From the NCBI RefSeq assembly GCF_000737315.1, contig NZ_JMCB01000003.1:434001-498000 (forward strand): DNA of 64,000 nt. Reading direction: 5' to 3'. This stretch comes from Hyalangium minutum (lineage in GTDB: Bacteria; Myxococcota; Myxococcia; Myxococcales; Myxococcaceae). Below, one piece after another: positions 41,601-50,686 of this stretch; the stretch's first letter is position 1, and each line of letters begins with the position of its first letter. Below the pieces are notes generated by a model. The model saw only the letters and a list, made by a program, of their open reading frames with translations. It had not been told where the DNA came from and searched no databases. A program made the position numbers and the translations under genes.

Positions 41601-44600
41601 CACCGCGGGCTTCACCCCGTCCATCGCCAACAAGATCGCCACGGGCATCACGGGCTCCAGCTTCTCGGATGACCTGAACCTGACCGAGCGGACGACGTAC
41701 TACTACGTGGTGCGCGCCACGGAGACGGCCGGTGCCGTCACCGAGGAGCAGAACACCGTGCAGAAGTCCGCGACGCCGACGGGCGCTGTCAACCCGGGCG
41801 CTCGGTTCTTCGACGACCTGGATGGCAACCGTCCCCCGAACGCGGCCGCGTACTACATCGCGACCACCACGGGCACCTCGGGCACGATCAACCAGACCAC
41901 GGGCTGCCACTGGCAGTCGTCCAACAAGTCCTACCGCTTCGGCGCGGCCAGCACGGCGTGCGCTGGCACCTACCCGGCCAGCGCGACCGGCACCCTGTTG
42001 CTGGGCGGCAACGGCTCCACGGCGGGCGTGAACGGCTTCGCGATTCCGGCTGGCACGTACGGCTCGGCGCTGACGTTCAACATCTGGTACAGCTTCGAGA
42101 CGCGCTACGACGGCGCTTGGCTGCAGTACAGCACCACGGGCGCCACTGGCACCTTCATCAACGTGGGTGACACGGCGTCCACGACGGCTCCGTACATCTC
42201 CGCGGGTGGCTACGACAACACGCTGTCCAGCGCCACGACGACCCGCATCTGGACGGGCAACAACCAGGGTCCCAACGCCGGCCTGAAGGCCGTCACGGTG
42301 AACCTGGACGCGCTGGCCGGCCAGACGGTGTGGTTCGCCTACAAGTTCTCCACGGACAGCTCCGTCAACAACGAGGGCTTCTATGTGGACGACATCCGCG
42401 TCAACGCGGATACGATCTCGAGCTGCACCACCAACACGCCTCCTCCGGGTCCTGCCGTCTCCTACCGGGTGACGAACCTGGCGGCCACGGCGACCGCGGG
42501 CACGCCGACGACGTTCGACATCACCGCGCTGGACGCGCTGGGTCAGACGGCGAGCAGCTACTCCGGTAGCGCGACCATCACCAGCTCGGACACGACGGCG
42601 GTGCTGCCGGGTCCTGCGGCGTTCACCGCGGGCCAGGCCACGGGCGTGAGCATCGAGTTCCGCAAGGCGGGCGCGCAGACCGTCACGGCGAGCGACTCGG
42701 CCGACCCGTCCATCCAGGGCCGTGCCTCCACCACGGTCACCGCGGGCGCGCCGGCCAGCCTGATCTTCAGCACGCAGCCTTCGAACAGCGTGGCGGGTAG
42801 CTCCATCGCCCCGCCGGTGAAGGTGAGCATGGCGGATCAGTTCGGCAACGCGGTCACCACGGGCTCCACCAGCGTCACGGTGGCCCTGGGTGCCAACCCG
42901 GGCGGCAGCACGCTCTCGGGCACCACCACGGTGAACGCCTCCAACGGCGTGGCGACGTTCAGCAACCTGTCGCTGCAGAAGGTGGCGACGGGCTACACGC
43001 TGACGGCCAGCGCGGACGGTCTGACGGGCACCACCAGCAACGCCTTCGCGATCACTCCGGCGGCTGCGGCCAAGATGGCCATCCTGACCCAGCCCTCCAA
43101 CACGGTCGCGGGTACGAGCATCACCCCGGCGGTGGAGGTGACGATCCTCGACCGGTTCGACAACCAGACGACCTCGACGGCGAACGTGACGGCGACGCTG
43201 ACCGGCACGCCGCGCGGCGGCACTCTGTCCGGCACCACCACGGTGGCGGCGGTCGCGGGCCGTGCGTCGTTCGGTAACCTGTCGGTGGACAAGGCGGCCA
43301 CGGGCTACACGCTGACCCTGAGCTCTACGGGCCTCACCGCCCTGGAGACCTCTGCGTTCGACATCAGCGCGGCGGCCCCGCACCACGTGCTCATCAACCC
43401 GGACCGCCAGCCGACGGACACGGAGAAGAACCGCGTCATCACGCCGGCGGTGCAGGCGACCATCTACGACCGGTTCGGCAACGTGGCCACGCAGGCCACC
43501 ACCAAGGTCTCCGCGGCGCTCGCCAGCAACCCGAAGGGCGCGACGCTGCGCGGGACGACCTCGGTCAACCCGGTCAGCGGTGTGGCGACCTTCAGCGATC
43601 TGTCGATCAACAAGGAAGGCCCGAACTACACCCTCATCATCGGTGCGAGCGGGCTGCGCTCCGACACCAGCGTGGGCTTCGATGTCACGGGCCGCGGCAA
43701 CAACGCCCAGGACCAGCTGAAGTTCCACACCCTCTCGAACACGCTCGAGGCGGGCACGACGTTCACCGCCCTCGAGGTGGAGCTGCAGGATGACCTGGGC
43801 AACCGGGTGGACAGCTCGGATGTCGTGACGCTGAGCCTCGGCGAGAACACGACGGGGGGCCAGCTGCTGGGCACCACGTCCGTGGCCGCGGTCAACGGCG
43901 TGGCGAAGTTCGAGAACATCACCCTGCACAAGGCCGGCAGCGCCTACTCGCTGGTGGCCAAGGCGGCGGGCTTCGTGGATGCCACGAGCTCGGCGTTCGC
44001 GGTGACCCCGGGTGCGGTGGCTCGCTTCGAGGTGACGGTGCCGACGACGGTGTCCGCGGGTGAGGAGACCTCGATCTCCGCCACCGCGTACGACGCTTAC
44101 GGCAACGTGGCGGCCAACTACGGCGGCGCGGTCAAGGTGACCAGCTCCGACGCGGGCGCTGCGTACTCGGCCAACGCGACGTTCGTCGAGGGCAAGCTGA
44201 ACAACTTCAAGGTGACGTTCAAGAGCAGCGGCACCAAGACGATCACCTTCACGGACGCGACCAACGCGAGCCTGGCCAGCACGAGCCAGACCAGCGTGAT
44301 CGCGTTCGGCCAGCCGCGGGCGGAGATCACCAGCCCCACGGGTGGCACGGACGTCGAGGGCTCGGTCACCATCAACGCGACGGCGGCGGTGGCTGCGGGC
44401 AACACGCTGGCGAAGCTCCAGATCCTCGTGGATGGGGCGGAGATCGCCAGCGGCTCTGAGAGCTCGCTGACCGGTACCTGGAAGAGCGACAACGCCGAGC
44501 CGGGCGCGCACATCATCACCGCTGTCGTCACCGATGGTGCCGGCAATGTGGTGACGTCTTCCCCGGTGATCGTCTCCGTGGCTGGCGGTTGCGGCTGCGG

Positions 44601-44694
44601 TGCGACCTCGGGCACGGACGCAGCGGTGTACCTGGGCCTGCTGGTCCTGGCGCGCTACCTGCTGGGCCGCCGCCGGGCGAACACGGCGGTCTGA
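38686..44694 (+). CDS. Large secreted S8 serine peptidase with Fn3/Ig-like repeats and MYXO-CTERM sorting signal
   Basis: Triad motifs VTDSG, GHGNLNAH, FAAGND, SGTSHSTP; SYNVYR Fn3-like modules; C-terminal GGCGCGATSG + TM + RRR. Confidence 0.95.
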   Translation: MKNSVTRVPKKGIRARGTRVLGLASMLSVLACGQQSGPTAKPEAEGLRSSLKFHKVQLSAKQAQELKERGAKLEVIGDYGSFTLVNVDDKALASLPQGAEVRDELNDILLNAGTINTLSEHGQSLRGMKQTPDKAAAAGKRFYLVQFAGPVKAEWYKQLEATGVKVVTYIPNNAYLVYGEDSSLNSLQGLINNKDKDSAASVQWDGEYLNDYKLNRSVHTSNSETFEVQLIKDEQANEATLSLIQRLQSKSGTIQEAFGYVNVNTYLTVNDLYEIASRPDVLSIQPRPMPRKFDERQNMIVSGHLNGNQITGPGWLQWLASKGFTQEQFAASGFGVDVTDSGVDNATPAAPNHMGLYVGGNVNSTSRLVYSRLEGTPHSGSTIQGCDGHGNLNAHIIAGYSNESGAPFEDTEGYNYGLGVAPFVKVGSSVIFDPGTFTSPDYEDLQSRAYRDGMRISSNSWGASTPSYTSDAQRYDFLARDAQPEGSAVANPGNQEMVIVFAAGNDGSGASTVGSPGTAKNIITAGASKNVHVFGAADQCNVPDSDANDAMGIVGFSSRGPAADGRKKPEIMAPGTHVSGGVAQANLATNPPSGNGQALSCFDASGVCAGPGTSNFWPVGQQWYTASSGTSHSTPAVAGGAALVRQYFINQGFNTPSAAMTKAYLMNSTRYMTGTGANDNLWSNNQGMGLMDLALAFDGTPRTLDDQNPANLFTATGQTRTFTGAGGDPTKPFRVTLAWTDAPGSTTGSAWKNDLNLEVTFNGTTYKGNVFTGANSTTGGTADAQNNVESVFLPAGTSGPFTITVTAANINSDGVPGNDSAIDQDFALVAYNTCGDTPAPVTDAAISIPGDNQVQIAWTDISGATSYNVYRASTAGGPYTKLGSVAHSPFVDTTVSGGSTYYYVVKSNICVEAAPSNEVSITATGACTLLPTFAGLTSASNAAAATCGTTLAWSAATPACSGTVTYSVYRSTTAGFTPSIANKIATGITGSSFSDDLNLTERTTYYYVVRATETAGAVTEEQNTVQKSATPTGAVNPGARFFDDLDGNRPPNAAAYYIATTTGTSGTINQTTGCHWQSSNKSYRFGAASTACAGTYPASATGTLLLGGNGSTAGVNGFAIPAGTYGSALTFNIWYSFETRYDGAWLQYSTTGATGTFINVGDTASTTAPYISAGGYDNTLSSATTTRIWTGNNQGPNAGLKAVTVNLDALAGQTVWFAYKFSTDSSVNNEGFYVDDIRVNADTISSCTTNTPPPGPAVSYRVTNLAATATAGTPTTFDITALDALGQTASSYSGSATITSSDTTAVLPGPAAFTAGQATGVSIEFRKAGAQTVTASDSADPSIQGRASTTVTAGAPASLIFSTQPSNSVAGSSIAPPVKVSMADQFGNAVTTGSTSVTVALGANPGGSTLSGTTTVNASNGVATFSNLSLQKVATGYTLTASADGLTGTTSNAFAITPAAAAKMAILTQPSNTVAGTSITPAVEVTILDRFDNQTTSTANVTATLTGTPRGGTLSGTTTVAAVAGRASFGNLSVDKAATGYTLTLSSTGLTALETSAFDISAAAPHHVLINPDRQPTDTEKNRVITPAVQATIYDRFGNVATQATTKVSAALASNPKGATLRGTTSVNPVSGVATFSDLSINKEGPNYTLIIGASGLRSDTSVGFDVTGRGNNAQDQLKFHTLSNTLEAGTTFTALEVELQDDLGNRVDSSDVVTLSLGENTTGGQLLGTTSVAAVNGVAKFENITLHKAGSAYSLVAKAAGFVDATSSAFAVTPGAVARFEVTVPTTVSAGEETSISATAYDAYGNVAANYGGAVKVTSSDAGAAYSANATFVEGKLNNFKVTFKSSGTKTITFTDATNASLASTSQTSVIAFGQPRAEITSPTGGTDVEGSVTINATAAVAAGNTLAKLQILVDGAEIASGSESSLTGTWKSDNAEPGAHIITAVVTDGAGNVVTSSPVIVSVAGGCGCGATSGTDAAVYLGLLVLARYLLGRRRANTAV
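42760..44020 (+). repeat. Four tandem ~100-aa Ig-like repeats within the S8 protease
   Basis: Recurring (TQP)SN..AG...V...D.FGN ... L.GTT.V....GVA.F.NL...K....Y.L pattern. Confidence 0.8.
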
Positions 44695-44787
44695 TGACCG
44701 ACGCGGCCCCGGGCGCCTGAACGAGGCGCCCCGGGGCTGACCGGGCGGAGAAGCACGTTCCGCCCGGGTGCTTCGCAGAGACGCTCG

Positions 44788-44836
44788 AAAAAAGAATGCG
44801 CCGGCGAGGAGTTCTCCCGCCGGCGCATTTTCTTTT
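44788..44836. terminator. Bidirectional intrinsic terminator
   Basis: AAAAAAGAATGCGCCGGCG...CGCCGGCGCATTTTCTTTT between convergent genes; a second GC hairpin lies at about 44707-44737. Confidence 0.85.
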
Positions 44837-44851
44837 GGGGGTGAGTGCTTG

Positions 44852-45448
44852 TTAGCGGGCCTTCTTGCGGGCCCCGCTGCTGTCGTCGCGGAAGGCGCTG
44901 AGCACCCCGCCCACGTCCAGCCGCGCCGTCTTGATGAAGAGGCGAATGGCCTTCTCCACGTGCTCCGCCAGGGTGGCCATCTTCTCCAGCCGCTGGAGCC
45001 GCTCGGTGTCCACCCCACCCGCCTGCTGGGCCAGCCGGCGCGCCTCGGCGAGATCGGCGCGGATGCGCGCGACGAAGCCCGCCTCGCGCTCCTCGATGAC
45101 GTGCGTCACCATGCGGACCAGATCCGTCTCCGCCCCGTAGCGCCAGACGGTGTCCGAGGGCTGGCGGACGCGCTGGATGACGCCCCAGCGCTCCAGGTCT
45201 CTCAGGAGCATGGAGACACCGCCCTTGGAGAGATCCAGCTCGCGCTCGATCTCACCAGCGGTGAGCGGCTCACCGCGCAGGTACAGCAGGGCCCAGACGC
45301 GGCCCTGATTGCGCTTGAACCCCCAGAACTCGATGACGTTGCCCACGGCCTCCACGGCCATGGTCTCCCACGGCTGCAAGGGGCCTTGCGCCGGGAGCGT
45401 CTGCGGGCCCGGCGGGGACTCGCCACCTGTCCAGAGGTAGCCCTTCAT
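44852..45448 (-). CDS. GbsR/MarR-family transcriptional regulator
   Basis: WGFKRNQGRVWALLYL...LTAGEIERELDLSKGGVSMLLRDLERWG. Confidence 0.88.
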   Translation of the reverse strand: MKGYLWTGGESPPGPQTLPAQGPLQPWETMAVEAVGNVIEFWGFKRNQGRVWALLYLRGEPLTAGEIERELDLSKGGVSMLLRDLERWGVIQRVRQPSDTVWRYGAETDLVRMVTHVIEEREAGFVARIRADLAEARRLAQQAGGVDTERLQRLEKMATLAEHVEKAIRLFIKTARLDVGGVLSAFRDDSSGARKKAR

Positions 45449-46443
45449 GCAACGCGGCTCCGGACCTGATCGGTGATGCCGGCGGACAGCTTGCGCGCCC
45501 AGCTCACCAGCTCCTGGCCGCCCGGGGTGTTCGCGAAAGGCCCGAGCCGATCCAGCGCCGCCTCGAGCTCCACGTTCAGCTTGGCCAGCGACTGGTCCAC
45601 CGCACCGGTGGCGATGATGCCCGCGCCCAGCTCCTGAGCGCGCTCTGGGGAGATGCTGGAGAAGGCCCAGGCGTCGCGCAGCTTGCGGCGCAGCCCGTCG
45701 TCCTGCGCCAGGGCCAGGAGCATGGGCATCGAGGGCGTGCGCGAGTGCAGATCCGCGTACTGCGGCTTGCCCACATCCGTGCCGAGGATGTCGCGGATGT
45801 CGTCGGCGATCTGGAAGGCCACGCCCAGGTGGCGGCCGAAGCCGTCGAAGCGCTGCACGGCGTCAGGCTCCACGCCGATCAGCGCGGCGGCCTGGCCGCA
45901 CCAGCCGAACAGAGAGCCCGTCTTGCCCTCGGCGATGTAGCGCAGGCGGGGCAGGGACAGATCCAGAGCGCCACGCGCCTCCACCTCGGCGATGGCCGCG
46001 CGGGTCATCTCGGAGACGACGGCCAGGGCGCTCTGGGCCAGGCGCGCGTCCATCTCCACCAGCCGCAGCAGCGTGGAGGACAGGATGAGGTCGCCGCTCA
46101 TGACCGCGACGATGTTGCCCCAGCGGGCGTTCACCGTGGGCCGGCCGCGGCGGGACATGCCGCCGTCCACCACGTCATCGTGCAGGAGACTGGCTGAGTG
46201 GATAAGCTCGGCGGCCACGGCGATGTCGACGAGCCGGTCCGGGGGCACGCCCACCGCGTCTCCGAAGAGGCGCACCAGCATGGGACGGGCGCGCTTGCCG
46301 CCGCCGCCCAGGACGAGGTGTCGCGCCGCCGCCATCAACGGGTCGCCCTGCACGCCCGGCCCGGCGTCTCCGTCTACCAGCGCGGCGCCAATGCGCTGCT
46401 CCACCATCCCCAGAAAGTCCGACAGCTCGTGAGCCAGTTCCAT
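45445..46443 (-). CDS. Polyprenyl diphosphate synthase (likely long-chain, IspB-like)
   Basis: GGKRARP, ASLLHDDVVD (FARM), RRGRPT, KTGSLF, AFQIADDIRD (SARM). Confidence 0.92.
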   Translation of the reverse strand: MELAHELSDFLGMVEQRIGAALVDGDAGPGVQGDPLMAAARHLVLGGGGKRARPMLVRLFGDAVGVPPDRLVDIAVAAELIHSASLLHDDVVDGGMSRRGRPTVNARWGNIVAVMSGDLILSSTLLRLVEMDARLAQSALAVVSEMTRAAIAEVEARGALDLSLPRLRYIAEGKTGSLFGWCGQAAALIGVEPDAVQRFDGFGRHLGVAFQIADDIRDILGTDVGKPQYADLHSRTPSMPMLLALAQDDGLRRKLRDAWAFSSISPERAQELGAGIIATGAVDQSLAKLNVELEAALDRLGPFANTPGGQELVSWARKLSAGITDQVRSRVA

Positions 46444-46643
46444 GAGCGACCTTATCTCCCTCGTCCGTTCATATAGTTCAAGACCGCGTGAACAGCACAG
46501 GGAAACCTTCGGGGTTTTCACGGCGTGTCCTTGCGAGGTGATGCGAGGTATCAGCAGAGCCGGTGTAGGAGAACCGAGGCCTGGCTGCCCCCCGAGCGTC
46601 CTGTCGCAGTGCGTCGAGGTGGGTTTGAGTCCGAGGGAGGTGC

Positions 46644-48191
46644 ATGAGACAGAGAGGGAGGCCTCTCACCCCGCCTGTGGATCGCGTGTCTCCCACCGCC
46701 TCACGTCGCCCGTTCCTGCGCAGCCTCTCCACCCTCGCCACCGCCATCCCGCTGTTCCGTCCCGGTGGCTCCGTCCCGGGGGCCAACGCCCCGCTGCTCA
46801 GCGGCCCGCTTCCGGACGAGTCCCCCTCGTCCCCTCGTGAGCGCCCGGGGCTGCGCCTGTCGCTGCGGACCTCCGTGGTGGAGGGCATGTTCGCGGAGGT
46901 GTTCACCGCGTGCGCCGGAGCCACGGTGCTCACGGCGTGGGCCATCGCGCTGAAGCTGGGGCCCTTCCTGGTGGGGGTGATGACCTCCATCTCCTTCTTC
47001 GCCCAGTTCGTGCAGTTCCCAGCGGCGTGGCTGACCTCCGCGTTCGGGCACCGGCGGGTGGCGCTTACGGCGGTGTGCCTGTCCCGGCTGCTGATGCTGC
47101 CGCTGTGCCTGGTGCCGTGGCTGCCGCTGACACTGGCCGGGCAGCAACGCCTGCTGGTGGCGATCGCCGCGGGCTCGGCTGTGCTGGGGGTGGTGGGCAA
47201 CAACGCATGGGTGGCGTGGATGAGCGAGCTCGTCCCCCGCCCACTCCGAGGCCGCTTCTTCGGCCGGCGCACCGCTCTGTGCACCCTGGCGGGCACGCTG
47301 GCGTCGCTGGTGGCCGGGGTGTTCCTGGACCAGGGCCGTCAGCTTCAGGCGGTGGGCGCCGCGCTGCCGCTGCTCGCCGCGGTGGCGTGTGTCATGGGCG
47401 TCATCACCACGCTGCTGCTGGCCCGGCAGCACGATCCGGCGCCCGGGAGCACGCCGCTCCGGCTGGATCTCGAGGCCGCGAGGATGCCGCTGCGCGATCC
47501 GCGCGCGCGCCGGGTGTTGATCTACCAGGTGGTGTGGAACGCGGCGATCGGCCTGTCCGGGCCCTACTTCACGCTGCACATGCTCCAGAACCTGAAGATG
47601 ACGTTCGTCGTCATGGCGATCTACTCCGCGGCGGTGGCGGCGGTGCGCATGCTGCTGGCGCCGGTCTGGGGGCGGATCATCGATCGGGTGGGAGCGCAGC
47701 CGGTGGTGCTCGGGTGCTCGCTGGCGCTCGTGCTGGTGCCGCTGGTCTGGCTGGTGCCCACCGCGGATCTGCTGTGGCCGCTGGTGTTCGACGTCCTGCT
47801 CGCGGGCGCGCTCTGGAGCGGGCATGGGCTCGCGGTGTTCGCGCTGCCGCTGTCGGTGGCTCCCCGCGAGGGCCGTCCCTTCTACCTGGCGGCCTTCGCC
47901 ACCGCGGGCGGGCTGGCCTATGCGGCGGCCTCGGCGCTCGGCGGCGGCCTGGCGAGCGTCCTGCCCTCCCAGTTCATCCTCGGGAGCCATGCCTGGGTGA
48001 ACCTGCAGGTCCTCTTCGTGCTCTCGTCGGTGGTCCGGCTCGCGGCGGCCTTCCTCGCCGCTCGCATCATCGAGCCGGATGCGCGCACGATCTGCTCCAT
48101 CGGCGCCTTGCTGGAGCTGCTGTGGCGGCGTGCCCGCCCGGAGCCCGCGCCCGTGCTGGCCGAGGCCCGGACGGGCGCCCGCGAGCCCTGA
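46644..48191 (+). CDS. MFS transporter
   Basis: About 12 TM helices; RGRFFGRR and WGRIIDRVG loop motifs; start uncertain. Confidence 0.88.
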   Translation: MRQRGRPLTPPVDRVSPTASRRPFLRSLSTLATAIPLFRPGGSVPGANAPLLSGPLPDESPSSPRERPGLRLSLRTSVVEGMFAEVFTACAGATVLTAWAIALKLGPFLVGVMTSISFFAQFVQFPAAWLTSAFGHRRVALTAVCLSRLLMLPLCLVPWLPLTLAGQQRLLVAIAAGSAVLGVVGNNAWVAWMSELVPRPLRGRFFGRRTALCTLAGTLASLVAGVFLDQGRQLQAVGAALPLLAAVACVMGVITTLLLARQHDPAPGSTPLRLDLEAARMPLRDPRARRVLIYQVVWNAAIGLSGPYFTLHMLQNLKMTFVVMAIYSAAVAAVRMLLAPVWGRIIDRVGAQPVVLGCSLALVLVPLVWLVPTADLLWPLVFDVLLAGALWSGHGLAVFALPLSVAPREGRPFYLAAFATAGGLAYAAASALGGGLASVLPSQFILGSHAWVNLQVLFVLSSVVRLAAAFLAARIIEPDARTICSIGALLELLWRRARPEPAPVLAEARTGAREP

Positions 48192-48203
48192 GCCGGCCCA
48201 AGA

Positions 48204-49745
48204 TTAGAGCCGGTAGCCGCGAACCACCTGGGAGACGCGCTCGGACAGGGCCTGGAGCGATTCCACCGAGGAGGTGGTGGCGGTGATGCGCTCCAGGGTG
48301 CCGTTCATCAGCGAGTTCAGATCGTTCACGGCGTTGGAGATCTGCTCGATGCCGGTGGTCTGCTGGCTCACGGTGGTGGCGATCTGCCGCACCGAGGCCG
48401 AGCTGTCCCGGACGATGTCCGACAGGGCCTGGAGGTTCTCACCGGACTCGCGGATCTTCGCGATCCCCTCCTCCATGCGGAGGGTGCCCTCCTCGGAGAT
48501 CTGCACGGTGGTGGCGATGGCCTCGCTCACCCCTCCGAGCAGATCCCGCACTTGAGAAGTCGCCCGGATGGACTGATCGGCCAGGGCGCGGATCTCTCGG
48601 GCCACCACGGCGAAGCCCTTTCCATGCTCGCCGCTGCGCACGGCCTCGATGGCGGCGTTGAGCGCGAGCATGTGGGACTGGTCCGCCAGATCCTTCACCG
48701 TCTGGGTAATGCCGCCGATCTGCCGGGTGCGCTCGCCCAGCGAGGTGATCTGCGCGCCGACCTGCTTCACCTGCCCGAGCATCTCCACCAGGCCGTGGAT
48801 GCTCTCGCTGATGGCGGCGCCGCCCGTCTTGCCCAGCTCGTCGGCGCGCGCGGCCACCTGGAGCACGGACTCCGCCGTCCGGGAGGCATCCGAGGCCGTC
48901 CGGTGGAGCTCCTGCGTGGTCGCCTGCGTCTCGTGGAGGGCGCTGGCGTAGCGGGTGGCCATGCGGCTCTGCTCCTCGGCGGAGTGGCTGAGCACGCGCA
49001 CGGACTGGGTCATCAGCTCCGAGGAGAACTGGAGCTCATGGAGCACCTCCTTGAGCCGGTTCACCATGGCGGCGAAGGCCAGGGAGAGCTGGCCGATCTC
49101 GTCCTGGGAGTTCACCTCGATGGGCTCGCGCAGATCGCCCTGGTCGGCGATGCGCCGGGCCACCTCGGTGAGCCGCAGCAGCGGCGCCACCAGCCTCCGG
49201 CTGAAGAGGTAGCCCACGAGGCTGAAGCCCACCAAGGCGAGCACGAGCGCGCTGCCGAACCGCACGCTGAGCGTCCGGAGCTGCTGGAGCGTGTCAGTGC
49301 GGTCGAACCCCACGTGGACATGCCCGAGCTCCCCTCCGTTCACCGGGGCGTGCAGGGAGAGGATCGCGGCGCCATCGATCTGCAGGGGCTGGGAGCCCAG
49401 AATGGGGCTGAGCAGGCGATGGCGGATGCGGATCTCGTCCTTGAGCTTCCCCGAGAGGGCAAGCGGATCGCCGTTCTTGTCCAGCACGGCGATGTAGACG
49501 ACGCGGGACTTGTCGGTGACCTCGTCGATGGCCTTTTGGACCCTGGCGGTCTGCTGGGTCTGGATCGGCTCCGCCAGCATGGAGGCCAGAGCGGCCGGCA
49601 ACCCGGCGCCGATCTCCTGGCCCTGCGCGTCAAAGCCGTCCTGCATGCGCGGGAGGAGATAACCAAACGTGAGGAGCCCCGAGAGGACCGCCACACTGAG
49701 CGGGCCCAAGCTGAGCTTTTGGGAGAGAGAGAGGGAGAGGCGCAT
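48204..49745 (-). CDS. Methyl-accepting chemotaxis protein
   Basis: TM-periplasmic-TM-HAMP (DEIGQL); signalling hairpin LALNAAIEAVRSGEHGKGFAVVAREIRALA. Confidence 0.95.
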   Translation of the reverse strand: MRLSLSLSQKLSLGPLSVAVLSGLLTFGYLLPRMQDGFDAQGQEIGAGLPAALASMLAEPIQTQQTARVQKAIDEVTDKSRVVYIAVLDKNGDPLALSGKLKDEIRIRHRLLSPILGSQPLQIDGAAILSLHAPVNGGELGHVHVGFDRTDTLQQLRTLSVRFGSALVLALVGFSLVGYLFSRRLVAPLLRLTEVARRIADQGDLREPIEVNSQDEIGQLSLAFAAMVNRLKEVLHELQFSSELMTQSVRVLSHSAEEQSRMATRYASALHETQATTQELHRTASDASRTAESVLQVAARADELGKTGGAAISESIHGLVEMLGQVKQVGAQITSLGERTRQIGGITQTVKDLADQSHMLALNAAIEAVRSGEHGKGFAVVAREIRALADQSIRATSQVRDLLGGVSEAIATTVQISEEGTLRMEEGIAKIRESGENLQALSDIVRDSSASVRQIATTVSQQTTGIEQISNAVNDLNSLMNGTLERITATTSSVESLQALSERVSQVVRGYRL

Positions 49746-49819
49746 CACAGTAGGGCCTGGGGGGGGCCCTCTCCGGGAGGATGGCTTTTCCCGGATTTTG
49801 CCCGGCTTGGGGCCCGGAG

Positions 49820-50569
49820 TCATGTAACCGGCGGTGGAGATCTTCCCCGGATCATGAAATCCCAGGCCTCCAAGCGGCGATCCAGGGCAGTCAGGGCCCA
49901 CAAATCGGCCGTATTTTCAGGGTCCAAGGCAGCGAGCGCCCGCCGCAGGGGCTCTCGGGCCTCAACCACCCCCCACTCCGAGAGCACGCGGAGCGCCATG
50001 ATCGAGGAGCGCTCCTGGAGCAGCCCGAGCAGCGCGGCCACCACCCGCTCACTGTGCTCGGCGGAGAGCCGCTGCACGGCCTCGTGGCGCTCCTCGGGGG
50101 TGGAGTCGGGCTCGGCGAGCACTTGTGAGAGCGACTGGAAGCGCTCCGCCTCCAACAGCTCCCGAGGGCCACTGCGGACCCATTGCTCCACGGTGACGCT
50201 GGTGGGCCCGAACGAGACGCAGTCGCGCCCCACCCCATCGTCTCCGAAGAGGCCGAGGATGCGCTCCGGGGCGGGGGTGCCGCCCTCGATCAGCCCTCGG
50301 GCACGGGCCACGAGCCCCGAGGAGTCTCCAATCAGGTGGACACGGAGGACGGAGGCCTCGGTGTCGGGGCTCTGCTCGGGGGGGACCCTGCCCCACTTGA
50401 GGAAGATCTCGGCGAGCCCACGCTCGTGCACGTACCAGCGGTACTCGAGCCAGACGGCGCTGGGGCGGTCCGCGAAGCGCGGATCTCCGGGCTCGTAGAG
50501 GCGTGCGGCGCCCTCGGGGACACCCGCGAAGCAGCGGTCCACGAGGGCTTGGGCATCCTTGAGGCGCAT
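49820..50569 (-). CDS. Hypothetical protein with C-terminal HEAT-like repeats
   Basis: ERHEAVQRL...VVAALLGLL...ALRVLSEWG...EPLRRAL helical repeats. Confidence 0.7.
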   Translation of the reverse strand: MRLKDAQALVDRCFAGVPEGAARLYEPGDPRFADRPSAVWLEYRWYVHERGLAEIFLKWGRVPPEQSPDTEASVLRVHLIGDSSGLVARARGLIEGGTPAPERILGLFGDDGVGRDCVSFGPTSVTVEQWVRSGPRELLEAERFQSLSQVLAEPDSTPEERHEAVQRLSAEHSERVVAALLGLLQERSSIMALRVLSEWGVVEAREPLRRALAALDPENTADLWALTALDRRLEAWDFMIRGRSPPPVT

Positions 50570-50686
50570 GGCACGGCGCAGCGTGTGACAGAGGGCCGCT
50601 CCATTCAAGCCTGCCCTCTAGGCTTGGCTTCCTCGGGCTTGGACCTGTAGAAGGTGGCCAGCCAAGCCCTCCCTCCTGGGTCACCC

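Noticed and set aside
38695-45018. 2107-aa minus-strand ORF
   Set aside because: Antisense shadow of the S8 protease; Arg/Gly/Ala-rich with no motifs. Long stop-free antisense frames are expected in high-GC3 genes.
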